From positions 30,026,871-30,090,870 of the forward strand of contig NC_092676.1 in NCBI RefSeq assembly GCF_964355755.1: 64,000 nt of DNA, read 5' to 3'. The first letter of the stretch is position 1. Each line of letters starts with the position of its first letter. Source of the DNA: Antedon mediterranea (lineage: Eukaryota > Animalia > Echinodermata). The position numbers and the translations under genes are program-made. Positions 12,801 to 27,000 of this stretch are shown here, one piece after another. Under the pieces are notes generated by a model that did not search any database, was not told the origin of the DNA, and was given only the letters and a program-made list of their open reading frames with translations.

Positions 12801-14112
12801 TTTATTTGATTGGTTGTAATTTTGACCAATCACAACGCGATCGATTATCCGAACTGTGTGTAATTGGTCAATTAACCTGCGTTGCGCGTACGACATTGCG
12901 TTCTTAGTGAGTGGGAACTACGAAGTAGCTCAAGTAGTATGTTACGCCGTGTGTGTCAAAATATTTTACGAATATTAAGCCGAATTATGAACTTAAGAAG
13001 TAAAGTGTACTACTTACTTACAGACCATTAACGAATGTGTACTAAAACGACGCCCTGAATGCTCAGGGAATAGACTTCAGTATATAATTCCATTCTTTTG
13101 TGGACACAACCCTCAGTGCAGGTAAGATAGATAATTTTCAGTATTGTTTATTGAGTTGTGGTGAGGTTCAGGTTCTTTTTTATTCTTTTCTGTCTGTCTA
13201 CACTATCAAACTTTATGTGACAAAAAGGTGTGATGTGCCCATATATGGACATGATGATGTTATATCACTATCATATTTAGGCATATCACTACCATATTTA
13301 GTTGTCAAATTAGTTTGATAGTGTAGACAGAGCTTAAGACTAATTAAACAGTTGTCATTCCCTGCAGGGCAACGTTTGACATTTAGTACGGTATATATGA
13401 AGTGTTACTCCATGATTGGATTCTGCGTTTACGTTATTTCTGACTCGACGATTGTGATTTTTTTAAACAGTTTGTTAAATAGTTCAATTCCTTTGGAGAT
13501 GGCTAAAACTAACATACAACAAAGCTTCGTAACGTTAGGACTACTTGATGAAATTGAAGACACATTTGCTGTCCTAGAAAAAGCATTACCTCGATTATTT
13601 CAGGGGGCTACTGCTGAAATTGTTCGACGCCAAAGTATGTAATCTCAATTATATTATAGTTTAACAAGTATGATTATTTTAATGTATGAATGGTGAATAG
13701 GAGGATGGCACGCCTACTTAAAGCGTGGTTTCCACTAGAGACGTGACGCGCGCAAAGACTGTAAGCGCAACATAGTGATTTGACCAATCACAAGCGATGG
13801 ATCCGAACTGTCGCTTGCGATTGGTCAACTCGCTTGCGTTGCGTCTCTCTTGATAGTATAAGTACCGTCGTAATAGGTAACTTGTATAATATAATTATTT
13901 CTGTTCAGTTGCGTTCAACTGTTAAGTTGAGTTATTTTATAATTTTTTCAGAGCAAAAGAAAAACAAACAATTTCAAACGAAGTCTAAAGTGATGCCAAC
14001 AGAGGAAGTCAACAAAATTCTATTAAAAGAAATGTATTGGGAATATCAATTATACGATTATGTAAAAGAACGCTTAAAAAATCAGAAGAAAACTCTGGGT
14101 ATCAAAAGGTGA
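9893..14112 (+). CDS. uronyl/heparan-sulfate 2-O-sulfotransferase-like (UST/HS2ST family), 8 exons (9893-10046, 10722-10945, 11943-12086, 12380-12459, 12653-12785, 13024-13121, 13471-13634, 13952-14112), 385 aa
   Basis: Type II membrane anchor (IVILLVIYSIFMSIGYI), 5'-PSB FNRVPKCGSRT, 3'-PB YINIIRDPIDRFISEYYFIRFGD, IPFFCGH and EYQLYDYVKERL; all phases consistent (1158 nt). Confidence 0.9.
10903..11056 (+). repeat. 51-bp x3 tandem repeat containing the exon-2 3' end and GTGAGT donor
   Basis: Unit atgcattatctacctttaggcagcacatttgatacaaacacg|gtgagttgt; donors at 10946, 10997 and 11048. Confidence 0.95.
11085..11750. repeat. 51/49-bp intronic minisatellite, ~13 copies
   Basis: Unit tttgaatgttattacatactat(at)aatgaatttaggtattacaccaaacgt. 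Confidence 0.95.
13190..13335. mobile_element. MITE family B (Harbinger-like)
   Basis: TIR agctctgtctacactatcaaac...gtttgatagtgtagacagagct flanked by TAA/TTA. Other copies at ~23600-23862, 26290-26400, 30583-30680, 31445-31572, 35074-35170, 47702-47841, 48236-48374, 50700-50845, 53643-53797, 61346-61508, 61659-61750, 62540-62675, 62855-63012. Confidence 0.85.
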
Positions 14113-15088
14113 CTTTGGGGATATGGGTAATGCCTCATGTTAACGCATGCGCAGACTCTCTGAAGCGAATTTGATTTACCGGTTGCTGATCCTACTAATC
14201 AATAACTTCTACTACAAATATAAATGTGTTCTAATAATACAATGTTGTGTTTATATGCTTGTGGTGGGGCGTTTATTCGAGGAAATAAATAAAGGCCATG
14301 GATTCGGGAGGCGTTTTATTCAAATATGTTCTATTGTGGAGTTTATAAAGGTCGCCGTTCGTATTCAAATGAAAAGAGAAATCTTCAATGCAATTTCTCT
14401 GATTGTTAATGTTGATCTGAATTACGATTATAAAATTGTGCGGATTATAAAACTAATCTAAACATCATGTGTGAAATGGAGATACACCCAAAGAAGGTTC
14501 AGACAATGAACTTCCAGTTTTCTATTCTTTAAATAACCCAATTGCTTTTTATTATTGATTGATGGCGACCATATTTCCTGTATAACTTAACTTAAATAGT
14601 ATCAAAAGAAGACAGCGAAGTACCGCACCACCACCACCGCGCAACACAGCACCACCACCACGTGACGCTTTAATGATTTGGCGCCCTCTATATTAAGTAT
14701 CTACATAAACTTTCTACCGTATAAAAACAGCATGTGCAGCTAGCTAGCTAGCAGCAGCCGGCCAGACAGCAGGTATTCAGCAGCAGCGTGGGTACACGTA
14801 AAGGGGGCCTAAAACTAGGCTATAGGCTATACCTAGGGAAGGGTACTTAGATTATTATATTTTCTCAATTAGTATAATTATTATATATTGATTTTTATCA
14901 ATTAATGAATACAGCGTAGGCCTAGTTGGTAATATATGTTTCTGAATGACGAGATTGAAAAGGCATCGACTTTCTCTCACACAGTTGTTACACTCTAGAC
15001 TAGTAGTAGGCCTATCGATCATCTATCTAGGCCCTAGCCTAGTGTAGTAGGCTAGTCCTAGTTAAGCTAGGCATAAGCCTACACTGTA

Positions 15089-17626
15089 GGGGAGAGTGGG
15101 GTTGGTTGAATCGGAGGCAGGTTGAATCAGCCGTATTATTTCAGAAATTACAATTGGGTAAAAATTTGGTTGAACTACCTGGCAATTGGCTGACGTCACT
15201 CTACACGCTCACCAAAAATTATTCCGATACACGCTTGTTAACCTATTGTTCTAAAAATCCAGCTCGATTTGTGCCTGTAAGTACATTTTCCAATTTGTAA
15301 AGATTTTCGTTTTGTTTATTTATACTGATTGTTTTTCCTGAAATCTTTAGTAGTCTTATATAACACATATATTAGGGTAAAATATTATATGATAAGCTTC
15401 TTGGTTGAGCCACGTATTTTTTTTCTATGACACGAATTAATGCTGTCTGTGCCTATGGGGTTGGTTGAATCAGGTGATGCAACCTACCCCATCACGTGAT
15501 GCAACCAACCCCAAGATAATAATGTGCATTGTTTATGTTAATTTATGTAGTTTTAAACTTTTTCAACTCAATAATAGTAACTATAGAAATGTTCTTATAC
15601 AGAATAGAAATTTAAAGATGTAAATTGTAAGAAATTAAACTACAACTACACTAGGCCTAGCCTAAAATTACAGTATTATTATTATTAAGTATTGTAAAAA
15701 TATAAATAAACATCTTTCAAATAATTTACTGTATTACTATAGGCATAGTTATTAAAATTAAATGATGGAGGCTACTATAGCCTATAGGGCCTAGTATACG
15801 ACTGCCAGCGCTACCTATTTTTTTGTTAATTCTAATGATCTTTCGTTTGCATTTTTCAGTTATCAACATACAGTCATGCCTAGAACTCATAAGAGAAAAA
15901 CCGAACGGGGGAAAAACCCAGAAATGTTAAAACGAGCAGCACGAATTGTGATATTGGAGAACCTGTCTGTAAGATCAGTGGCAAAAGACTTTGATGTCAA
16001 TTACAGTACACTCCAAAGACTTGTCAACAAACTAAAGAAAGGTATGGATATTAAAATGTATGAAAATATAATAAGGTATTAAAATATTACTATTAGCTAA
16101 CTGTATACATTAAACTATATTTTCAGATGCCGATGGTGCTTTGAATTACCCTCTTGAAGTGACAAGAGCATTAACTGACACACACGTTGGATATGTCCGA
16201 AATCGACAGGTGTTTAGTGACAACCAAGAGGAAATGCTGGTTCAATATATATTGAGAGCTGCTGCTATGTATTTTGGTTTGACGCCGGATGATGTAAGGA
16301 AGTTTGCATATGAGCTAGCCATAGCATATGAAGTAGATTTGCCACAAAGTTGGACTGAAAACCAGAAAGCAGGGAAGGATTGGTTTTGTTCTTTTTTGAA
16401 GCGTCACCCAAATGTTAGTATAAGAGCTGCAGAAGCGACAACTGATCAACCAGAAGCAGAAGATGAGCCAATTGCAGAAAATGAGCCAGTGGCAGAAAAC
16501 GAGCCAGTAGCAGAAAATGAGCCATTGGCAGAAAACGAGCCAGTAGCAGAAAATGAGCCAGTGTCGGAAGATGATTTTGAAATTCCACCACCTATCAATG
16601 CAAGTCAACTATCAACACCCAATGAAATTTTAGAGGATGAACCGTCCACATCTGCTGCATGCCGAAGATTGCCATTTAGCCCGGAAACTATTCGGCCATT
16701 TCCAGTTGCTCCACCAAGAAAAAACAAAGGCCATGGCAGAAAAACTTTAAAATCTGCAATTCTGACCGACACCCCAGAAAAAGAGGCAATAATGAAAAGG
16801 AAATCTGCAAGTAAAAGTAAGGGTAAATCAAAATCGAAGTCGAAAACGCCAAACAACACTCAAAAAGAAAAACCAAGTAAGGAAACTGACTGGTATTGTG
16901 AAATTTGTGGAGAAAGCTACTCAAATAGCAAACAGGGAGAAAAGTGGGTAAAGTGTTTAGCGGAGGGTTGTGAAGAATGGTCACATGTGGAGTGCACCGA
17001 AAATGGACGCACATTCATTTGCTCGGTTTGCGAGTAACCAGTTTTTCATGTAAACATAAACATTTACTGTATATACTTAATTACATTTTTTGTTGTGCCA
17101 AGTTTGTTCCTGTAATTCTAATATATTATTTTAAACAACTCAAATAAACAACTTAGGCTAGTTAAAAAGCCTAACTCTTTAAACAATTCATATTTATGTT
17201 ATGGTGCTTTTTACGTGTAATAATAACTAACATTTTAAAAACATAATAGTGCAGCAGCTTTATATATCAGGAAATAGTTTTTTTAATAGTAGTTTATTAA
17301 TTAATATATATTTGTTATAATGTGGTTTTCATCTTAATAAATAAATATTAAAGATATCATTGTATTTATTACATATTATTTCATGATTCAACCAACCCCA
17401 CTATGTGATTCAACCTACCCCGATGAAGGGGTTGGTTGAATCGGTCGACTCATCTTGGTAATTTGCTTCTAACTTCTAAATATGTTTTCTGATGTCCATA
17501 TAATTCACTGTGTTGCCTGAAGGAATGTTAGTGAACATACACTGTTAATTACAGCTTAACCAATGCAACCAAAAAAAAATTATGGTCAAAAATAGAAAAT
17601 TTGATTCAACCAACCCCACTCTCCCC
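15089..17626 (+). mobile_element. pogo/Tigger-type (Tc1-mariner superfamily) DNA transposon, internally deleted
   Basis: Perfect 24-bp TIRs ggggagagtggggttggttgaatc flanked by TA on both sides; subterminal copies of the TIR core at ~15457-15512 and ~17385-17442; transposase-derived ORF inside. Confidence 0.9.
15876..17037 (+). CDS. transposase-derived protein, HTH_psq + CENP-B HTH + acidic repeat + PHD-like finger, no DDE domain; exons 15876-16041 and 16127-17037, 358 aa
   Basis: MPRTHKRKT...SVRSVAKDFDVNYSTLQR; VFSDNQEEMLVQYI...AGKDWFCSFLKRHP; (AENEPV)n; C-terminal CEIC...WVKC...C..WSH..C...FICSVC; phase-1 GT-AG intron. Confidence 0.85.
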
Positions 17627-18033
17627 TACTCTAAGTGCTGCTTAGGTAGGTATCTATTTACAGCAAGTCAAATGGCTGAGCGGTTAAGGCAGGGACACCA
17701 GGCCTTATTAGAGCTGTACATATTAAATAGCTAATATAGTTAGTATCGAGAATTATTAATATTATTACGTTAAATAATGTAGGCCTCCTATTTAGGCCTA
17801 GCTAAGCTAGGCCTACAGCTAGCTAGGCCTATTTTAATAAGGTTTTGATTTAGACTAGGCTACACCTAGTCTATCTAGCTAGTCTAGCCTAGGCCTTTCT
17901 AGCTAAATAGGCCTATAATAATATTATACTATTTATTAAGGGACAAGTCTTACTAATGGTGTAGCCATGGGTGGGCCATATTTCTATATTTGACATTTAT
18001 TAACATTTCTTTTCTTACATAGGTACATAAATC

Positions 18034-21000
18034 ATGGGAATAGATGCAGCAATTGCAGTGTTTTTTGCTGGATTCATAACATTAACAATAATAAATACAG
18101 TCGTATATCCGTCATCTGTTAATGGTAGGTATTTATTATGGTTGTAATTTTTGTTTACTTGATCAAATAATCTTTCTTTTTTATTTCAGAATCAAATATA
18201 ACATTCCATTTAAACAATTTAAAACCATTACTTATTACACATTTTATTTATATGACAGCCCTCAATAATAAAAAAATACTGAAATCAAAGAAGTGTAGCT
18301 TCCAAATTATCACTGTCAGTCTAGGGCAGTAATTTAATTTCATTCTCTCTGGCACAAGGAGACACAAATCTGTTTGGAGCTCCTTTCGTTGGTACAGGTA
18401 CATGACAACAGAATATTATAACAATTAACAGACAAATTAGTTTTATGCTTCAATCTTTGTACCCAAACTGTTGTCTTTTCAGAAACAACTAAAGATTTAA
18501 AACAAGAAACTAGCTTTAAAAGTAGACATTTATTGAGTGTTGAAGAAGATTGGGTTGAAGAAACTCCTATTCCTCAGGTAATAGTGACTGACTTACTTTT
18601 TAATAACAATCTTACAGCACATGGACTGTTTTACACAGTCAACTGATCAGTGGAAAGCAAACTGTGAGTGATAACATTTGCAATGGATTTTTTGACAGAG
18701 GTGAAATCTTGTCTTGTGTATTATACCACGTCCATACTTCTATGATATCACATACCTGGTCACAAATTTGTTTCTTTTCTTTGTCCATGTTAAGTTGACT
18801 TATGAAATATCAGGTGATACTTATCCAGAGGCGGTGGATGGTGGTAGTATACTTGAGTACACATGCTTACTTGTCTACAAAGTGGAACCAGAACATACTG
18901 CAATCAATATCTCATTTGAGGTAATGTTTTTTCATTTATAAGACTTAATTTTTGTTTGCAATTTTTTTATACATAAAAGTACACTAAACTTCATTAAACG
19001 ATCCAAATCTGTAACTACAGATTTTTTTCTGGTCAATTTGTTTATTAGGGTTTTTTTTTACACTTGTTTTAAACAGTGCATAGAGATATGTATTTTGCAC
19101 TATACATTTAAAACCATTAACTATCCATGGCACTTTTAGTTGAGCTGTAATTTGGTGGTTGGCAATGCTTTCCTTCCAATCCTAAGGTCCAGGGTTCAAA
19201 TCCTGACCATCACCATATCACTCATTCCAAGTTTTATCAACTCATGACTCTTTGAAAAAGAAAGAGATACAGATGAGACTGGCTACAGTATAATGTTATC
19301 AGTAATGTAATGCTGTCTTGTAAATGTGAATTATGAGCATATTTACTGTTAATATTCTTATAGCAATTTTCTTAAATGCTGGTGTACTTGAGATCTACGT
19401 TTATACCATGCTATACACTTTATTTTAATTATTGATATATACAACATTGAGAATAAGAGACTTATTTATTAAAATATTTAATATAATAATAATCAATATT
19501 GTTTCAGGTTGATCTACCATTCAGTTCATTTCATGAGGATTCTTTCAATGTCACACTTTATAGTGAAGCTCTAGGTATTTTACCCCACCAGACTATTGAT
19601 GAAAATGTAGATGATGAAAAGTCCAAAGCTGCTGTGAAGATTCTTCACTTGTTTCACGATCCCATTGTACAAAAGGTAGTACAGTACTATATTTAATTTT
19701 GTATGATTTATTTACTATTTATAAATGCCAATTAGTCTTACATTCATCTGAATTATAAATTAAACTAAGCCAGGACCTTGTCATTTTTATCATTGATCAA
19801 GGGCTTCTCTCGTCCAGACAAAAGACATAAGCCAATACGTTTGGGGTAGGTACTAGTTGCACAGGGCTGCCATAAGAGTCGGCAGTGCTGTGTTTCAAAT
19901 GCCTGATGGAAACCAAGCGTACATTTTTGCAACAACATATTATTTTTAGAATGAATTACTAAAATAAAATCCTTGTTTTGTTTAACTCAGGTATATGTGA
20001 AAGTGGATATATCAGAATCAATGTGGGTTAACTTAACTGAGCCATGGAAGCGGCCAGATTGCTGGTGGGTGCCTGCCTTTCCAGACTGCTATCAAACTCT
20101 ATATTCCGGTAAATAATAATAATAATATGTAGCAATTGGCAATTTAGAAGATACTTGATACTTTCTTGATGTTGATGGATGTTGATGCATGTTGATGGTT
20201 AACAAGCTAAACAGCTTATATGACCCTTCCTTTTCTTTCTTCTTTTACACTATGCTATAATTAATGTATAGATGTTTGAGAGATACGGGTATGAACAATG
20301 TTTGTATTAAAAAGATAACTGTAAGTAATGAAAATATTTGAGTTTAGGTGTTAAAGAGGATGTGCTAATAAGTGCGAAAGAGTAAACTTGCAGTCAAGAG
20401 ATGTTCTAACTCATTGGTCTTTTCTTAAAGATTTATATACTCATTTTGACCACCATCCACATTTATATATACTTAATGATTTATAAAGAAATGTAAGTAT
20501 TATTTGTGGAAAATTAATAAACAACAAATTATTTTCAAACTATAAAACAATTAAATTGATTAAATTGAGTTTTATTTCCTCAGAATGTGTGTTCTATGAT
20601 AAATCTCCAGAACAAACGTGGGACCCAGCTTATTGCTATCAGTTTAAAGTATCGGACTGTCTTCCATTTAACACTACCACTGAATGTTACTACATCAATA
20701 CAACATCATGTCTCATGGCCTTGATCGCAGATGCAGAGCGCCCTCAGGATATGCTATGTCCAACGGATGTCAACGAGACTGATTGTATCCAGATTAACGA
20801 TCGCGGATTGTTCTTTACTCAGTATGACTTCAGTGTTCCAACTGTTGCTCCAATCCCTGAAACATACGAGAAAGATTTTTGTGGCATGTCTATGGAAAGC
20901 ATTTGGAGTATGTAACATATTTCATAATGAATTTGGATTTTTGGATACTCTCTAATCATTAATTGATATGTTTGCAGTATATTTTTTAAATTTTTTTTAT

Positions 21001-24000
21001 TACATATGCATTCAACAACAGCCAGCACAAACTCTCCAATTACAGGATGGATAAACTATTACGAATTATCATGCTTATAAACTAAGTCTCATTTGAAGCT
21101 TAAGCTTGGTTCCCACTAGAACGTAACGCAAGGACGTAAACGCAACGCAATCGTTTTAACCAATGACAAGCGAAGTTATAGACAGTTAGCAATCACAAGC
21201 GAATAAGCCATCGCTTGTGATTGGTCAATTCACTTGCGTTGCATTACGTCCTTGTGTTGCGTCGCTAGTGGGAAGGAACCACGCTTCAGGGAGTGGAGTT
21301 GAAAAAGGTGTGAGTTAGCTACAGCTCCACTATTTGGCAGAATATTTTAAATAAAATTCAATGTGGTGTTTTTAAGCTTTACATTTACTGTCCATTGTTA
21401 TGATCTTTTAACATTTCTACCTTAATTATAATTTTTTCAATTTAGTGACAGAGGAAACAGCATATGAGCGGCAGTATACATACGACAGTACGATCGAGGA
21501 AGATGAAAACGGTTGTGTGCGTGTACTCATGCGTATCAAACCAATTATTACAACACCGCCACCAACGTACAATCCATACAAAGCTTTACGTAAGACAGAA
21601 AAGTACATAAATGCGAAGACTTGTATGAATGCAAACACTACAGGATTCTACACACAACCTATTCAGCCAATTAATTGGAAAGATTTCAATATTACAATTT
21701 TGTTCACTGGTAGGCACATTTATTCTGCAATATATAAATATTTACCAATTATTTACATTGTTACAGGGATCTTACAGAGAAAAGTAATTTTCTGTAGTCG
21801 CAAGACCCTTTGAAAAAATCGTATTATCTTAACTTGAGAAAAAAGTGTCTGTTTGACATGAATATAAATAATAAAATCAAATTATTTGCATTTTTTGTTT
21901 ACAAATATCATAATTGATCTTGTTTTAACTTTAAATTTGTAGGTGAAATTTTCAACTATGTTGAAGTAAATCAAGTTTTAGTTTCAGAAGTTTATGTAAA
22001 CATAACACAAAGTACTAAACTCATTAACCAAATAAGACGTGTATTTGGTAAGTAAAGTTTTTAAACTTCTTTATCTCTTCTTTAATAAATAAGTTCAGTT
22101 TTAGGATAGAATTGTTTTGATATTTGATTTTCCGTTAATTTGTTATCTTTCTATGAGACAGGCACCATTATTTCCACTTGTTTTGTGAATGAAATAAAGT
22201 TAACTTATCTTAGAAATATAATTTCTTAATGTTTTTAAATTTTTAGCCATTCAAAAAATACCAATAAAAAGACCAGGTTACTGGGTATACAACAATCCAA
22301 CATTTTCCGATCGTAATTTCACCCTGAAACATGAACAAATACTTCACCACGGTGTTTTGATCCACCCCGAAGCGTTCAACCGCGGTTTCACCATGACGAT
22401 TGATGTTCCAAAGGTTGATGATGTATACTTGGCCAAATTTGAAAACATCACACCATGGTGGAAGACGGGAAAACATTTTGCAGCGATATCAGATTACCAT
22501 ATGTTTAATTCAACCTATAATACAAATGGCGACGAATTAACTTTGGAAACTGTAATAGATAAGATGGAAGGTTATTATGATGGGGATAGCAGATTGCCAG
22601 ATATCACTTCTGAATGGGTTGTCGAACAAAATGATTACGGAGAAGAAATAATTGTTCAGTGTATATTTTCCGTCACACCATTTCTCAATATTAAAGATGT
22701 TGTTTGGCGCGACCACGGAAGATTAAATTTTTATTTGTATTCTCGAGTTCTTTCATCAGTGGTGGCTGATAATGAGCTTAAATTTTCTATCACAGCCGAT
22801 TTTAAGTTCCCACCAGGAGATGAACTAATTCTGTATGCGTCTAGGACGAGCACCGTGACTGTTCAACCGTTTGTGCCACGTATTCCGCCAGTCAATGCCA
22901 CTCAGGAACCAGACTGTCAAGATGACATCACATATACTTTTGAATTATTCAACATTCTGGAATTTTCTATCAAGGATATCTGGATGAACGTGACTTGTCC
23001 CGATTTAGTTATCATACCGTCGACGCTTGAAGTTGAAATTATTCACCATGTTAATGTCACAAGTGATAGCAACGCTGATATCATGCTTACTACAGATCAA
23101 ACATATCACATACATTACACAGAGTTGGCTCCTCAAGTACTTGCAAGAGGGCAGCAGACATTTCGACTGGTCAACAACGGTATTGCGCCGCATTACTCCA
23201 TTGTTTGCAAAGTTTATCTTTCATTTCGCAAGGATAATAAGGCGTTAGTCCTTCCATATTTGGCAGGTGTCAGTAATGAACTGTTTACACCTGGCATTGA
23301 GTATATTTTATATGGGCGTGATTTAATTGAGAAGGAGGAGGAAGTTATGATATTGACAACACCAATGAGTAGGACTACTGTGTTGTTAGGAAATGCCACA
23401 GCTGAAATTCCTATTATGGTGGATGAAGAAGTAAGTTATGGCGTGGAAGAAGAGACAACACCTCTAATGTACTCGATGCCTGTTGGGTCAAATGCAACAT
23501 TCATTATAAATATAACAGTACCAGAAATAACCACAGAGGTCAGTGGTAAATAGTAGTAGTACTGTAAGATCTATTTTCCAATGATGCACATGTCTAAAAA
23601 GCTCTGTCAAATCAAATTAGTTTGTGTGCCCAAATATGCTAGTGATATGCTTAAATATGGTAGTGATATGCCCAAATATGCTAGTGATATGCTTAAATAT
23701 GGTAGTGATCAGATTGCATTAACATTTATTTGGAACAGTCCTAGAAAAAAGGTAAAAAACAAGCATATATTTACAATAAGTTAAATGAGTTACATCATAA
23801 TATCCATATATGGACACATCTCATTTTTCTTGTCAAACTGGTTTGATAGTGTAGACAGAGCTCAATTGTTAAAATGTACTTTTTAAATGTTGATCTTGAT
23901 TTTATTTTGTGTATATTAATTATACAGTAGTAGTTTTTAATTATGCAAAAATGTGTCATTATTCCTTCTATTCAATAAGATTTCATCTTTTTTTAGATTG

Positions 24001-27000
24001 AAATTTATTTTGGTATGCCAGCAGCAGTGTTAGCTGTCTATTATTCCAGAATCATATTTATTGGTGGAAATATAATAAACCTGGATATGGTTGATCTTGA
24101 GAAAGGAAGCGATATCATGGGTAAGAATGGACACAGTGCTTGACTGTTAGGAGCAGAACAGTCCTTCAGGCCACCCATATTAAAAGGACACCCCTATTAA
24201 AGGGACACATGTTCCCACATTGCTGCAGGTCTTTCTGAATTACTGTATATGAGCCTCCCCCACATGATTATTTCATTGTATTTATCCTGTATGTTATTAT
24301 ATTGTGGTAATAAAATTAAATTGAAATATTGATTGGTAAAAATCACAGAAGCCTGATGTTAAACTATAATTAGAACCCTGAAAATTGAACCCCATTTATT
24401 TTGTATTATTTGAATGTATTTCTTTAAAGAATCATGGGACATGACTACCAGAACAAACTTAAAACAGAAACTGGGAAACTTAACCAATATTGCAGATAAT
24501 TTAAGAAACGAAAGTGGTAAGTTTCCTTAATATTCTTAATACAGCTACATCATATCATGTTATGATGCTTGGCTACCAATCCAAGGGTCCTGGGTTTAAG
24601 TCATATATGTTAGGATTTTTTCTAATGACAAATTACAACTCCACTCCCAAAGACTTGTAATAAGACTTATGTCTATACTTAGATTAGTATATTCTTTATT
24701 TTCTCATAGATAACATTGTTCTTGAGTTTAATGTTGTACTCCTGGATGAAAAAGAAACAGTTGTAAAAGATACAGAACATGAGTTTAAGACAACTGTGAT
24801 TTACACAAATGGACAAGACTTAGTACAGCAACAGAGTGTAGCAGTATTAGAACCTGACATCCAAGTGTATTTGAGAGTAGCCAATGAAAGCACAAATGCA
24901 GATCCAGGTAATGTACTGACATTACTAATATGTACTCACTTTTCCAGCTCACATACATGTTAGCATTCTATCATTACTAATAAGTACTCACTTTTCCAGC
25001 TCACATACATGTTAGCATTCTATCATTACTAATACGTACTCACTTTTCCAGCTCACATACATGTTAGCATTCTATCATTACTAATACGTACTCACTTTTC
25101 CAGCTCACATACATGTTAGCATTCTATCATTACTAATAAGTACTCACTTTTCCAGCTCACATACATGTTAGCATTCTATCATTACTAATACGTACTCACT
25201 TTTCCAGCTCACATACATGTTAGCATTCTATCATTACTAATACGTACTCACTTTTCCAGCTCACATACATGTTAGCATTCTATCATTACTAATACGTACT
25301 CACTTTTCCAGCTCACATACATGTTAGCATTCTATCATTACTAATACGTACTCACTTTTCCAGCTCACATACATGTTAGCATTCTATCATTACTAATAAG
25401 TACTCACTTTTCCAGCTCACATACATGTTAGCATTCTCTGCATGTTGTCATAAACAAACACTTGAATATTCAAGAGTTTTAGGTGAACAAAATTATTATT
25501 AGTGAAATATTTCAATTTTTAAAATGTTCTGTTTTGTTTATTACTGATAATTGTTAATAAATAAAAAAAATATGTTTTAAATGCTGTATCAAATCTGTAA
25601 CTTTTTATATAGGTTTAAGTTGGCTTGTGAGCCATAGACCTTTCTTGTTCAAACATCATTATTGAGCACCTTTAAGTCACTCTACTCAAAACTCACATTT
25701 TCTGATGTTTTTGGCTGCTCCAGGAGCAATGACTGGAATGGATTGATTGATGGAAAAAAATAAGTGAATGAAAATGATTTTGACTTTTTTGTACTAGGTG
25801 AAATCTTCCAGTATTATATAAAAGTAAATCACACGTCAGTATCGCAGTCACCAGCCCACCACATAAATGTTACCATCCATCTACCATATATGATCATAAA
25901 CAAACACTTTCTGCCTTATGAATATTCAAGAGTTCCAGTCAGAGGTAAAAAATTTGAACCAGGCTTTGAATATGAAAATGATGAGATTTTGCTACTGTAC
26001 CTCTATAAACTAGATTTGGATGAAGTCATCGAAGGAACATTTCTTGTGCAGATAACAACGAAACTTATGGAAGGTAAACTTAAAATTTGTGAATATGTTA
26101 TGAAAAAAAGAGAAAAAAAAGAGATATTAAACTTTTTAAATTGTATGATGTCAATCATGACGTAATTTTGTACTTTATACTAAGTAAGTATGGGGGAATC
26201 AAGCCCATCCTCTACCTCTATACCACCAAGCCTGCCCTGATGGCTAGGGGTTAGATTTTCGAATCAAAGTATAAGCAGCGTTTTGTTTAAACTGTCTACA
26301 CTATCAAACCAGTTTTACAAAAAAAGTGTAATGTGCCCAAATATGGTAGTGATGTGACACCACCATGTCCATATATGTACATTTTTTTGTCACATTTTGC
26401 AGGTATTTGTTTACAAGCTCAAGTTAAATACGAAATGTCTAGTTTCTACCAGTGGGGGCGGTACTACCCTTACACAACAGTAAGTGAAAATGTCCTCAAC
26501 ATTCGCAATGCAACTCTTAAATTTATTGGAACTTCTCTTCACGATACTCCTGACAAATTGGTTGCCATCCATGAGCAAGTTACATACAGAATTACCATAC
26601 CTCTGCCTCCAATATCCAGCAACCTAACCATAGAGATATTCCTACCTACACGAAATGTAACACGAAAGATCTGGGAAGTCTTACAAATACAAGAGGAGAT
26701 TCCAGAGGTCCTGCCAATCGAAGAAACTTTTTTTGATAATGGCTGCTATACTGTGATGAGACCATGCTTTTGTTATGGAGCTGGAAATATGTCTTTCGAT
26801 GCCAGCTGGTTTATTTCGCGATTTACTTGTAAATTGAAAACTGACCAGATGTGTACCAACTCGACAGATTTGGACACCGGAGAAAGCAACATAACAAATT
26901 GTGATTACTCACCAGATGTGTACAGCAAATGTCGAAATTTATCTAAAGAGATGTGTTTCCAAAATGAAAATGTGACCACTTATCTACAAACTCCAATATC

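Noticed and set aside
17668-17700. tRNA-like 5' sequence (gtcaaatggctgagcggttaaggc)
   Set aside because: No T-arm or acceptor stem follows; best read as a SINE head remnant, not a tRNA gene.
18190-18282. Candidate extra exon after a strong acceptor at 18189
   Set aside because: Reaches TGA before any GT donor; exon 1 joins 18483 in the correct phase without it.
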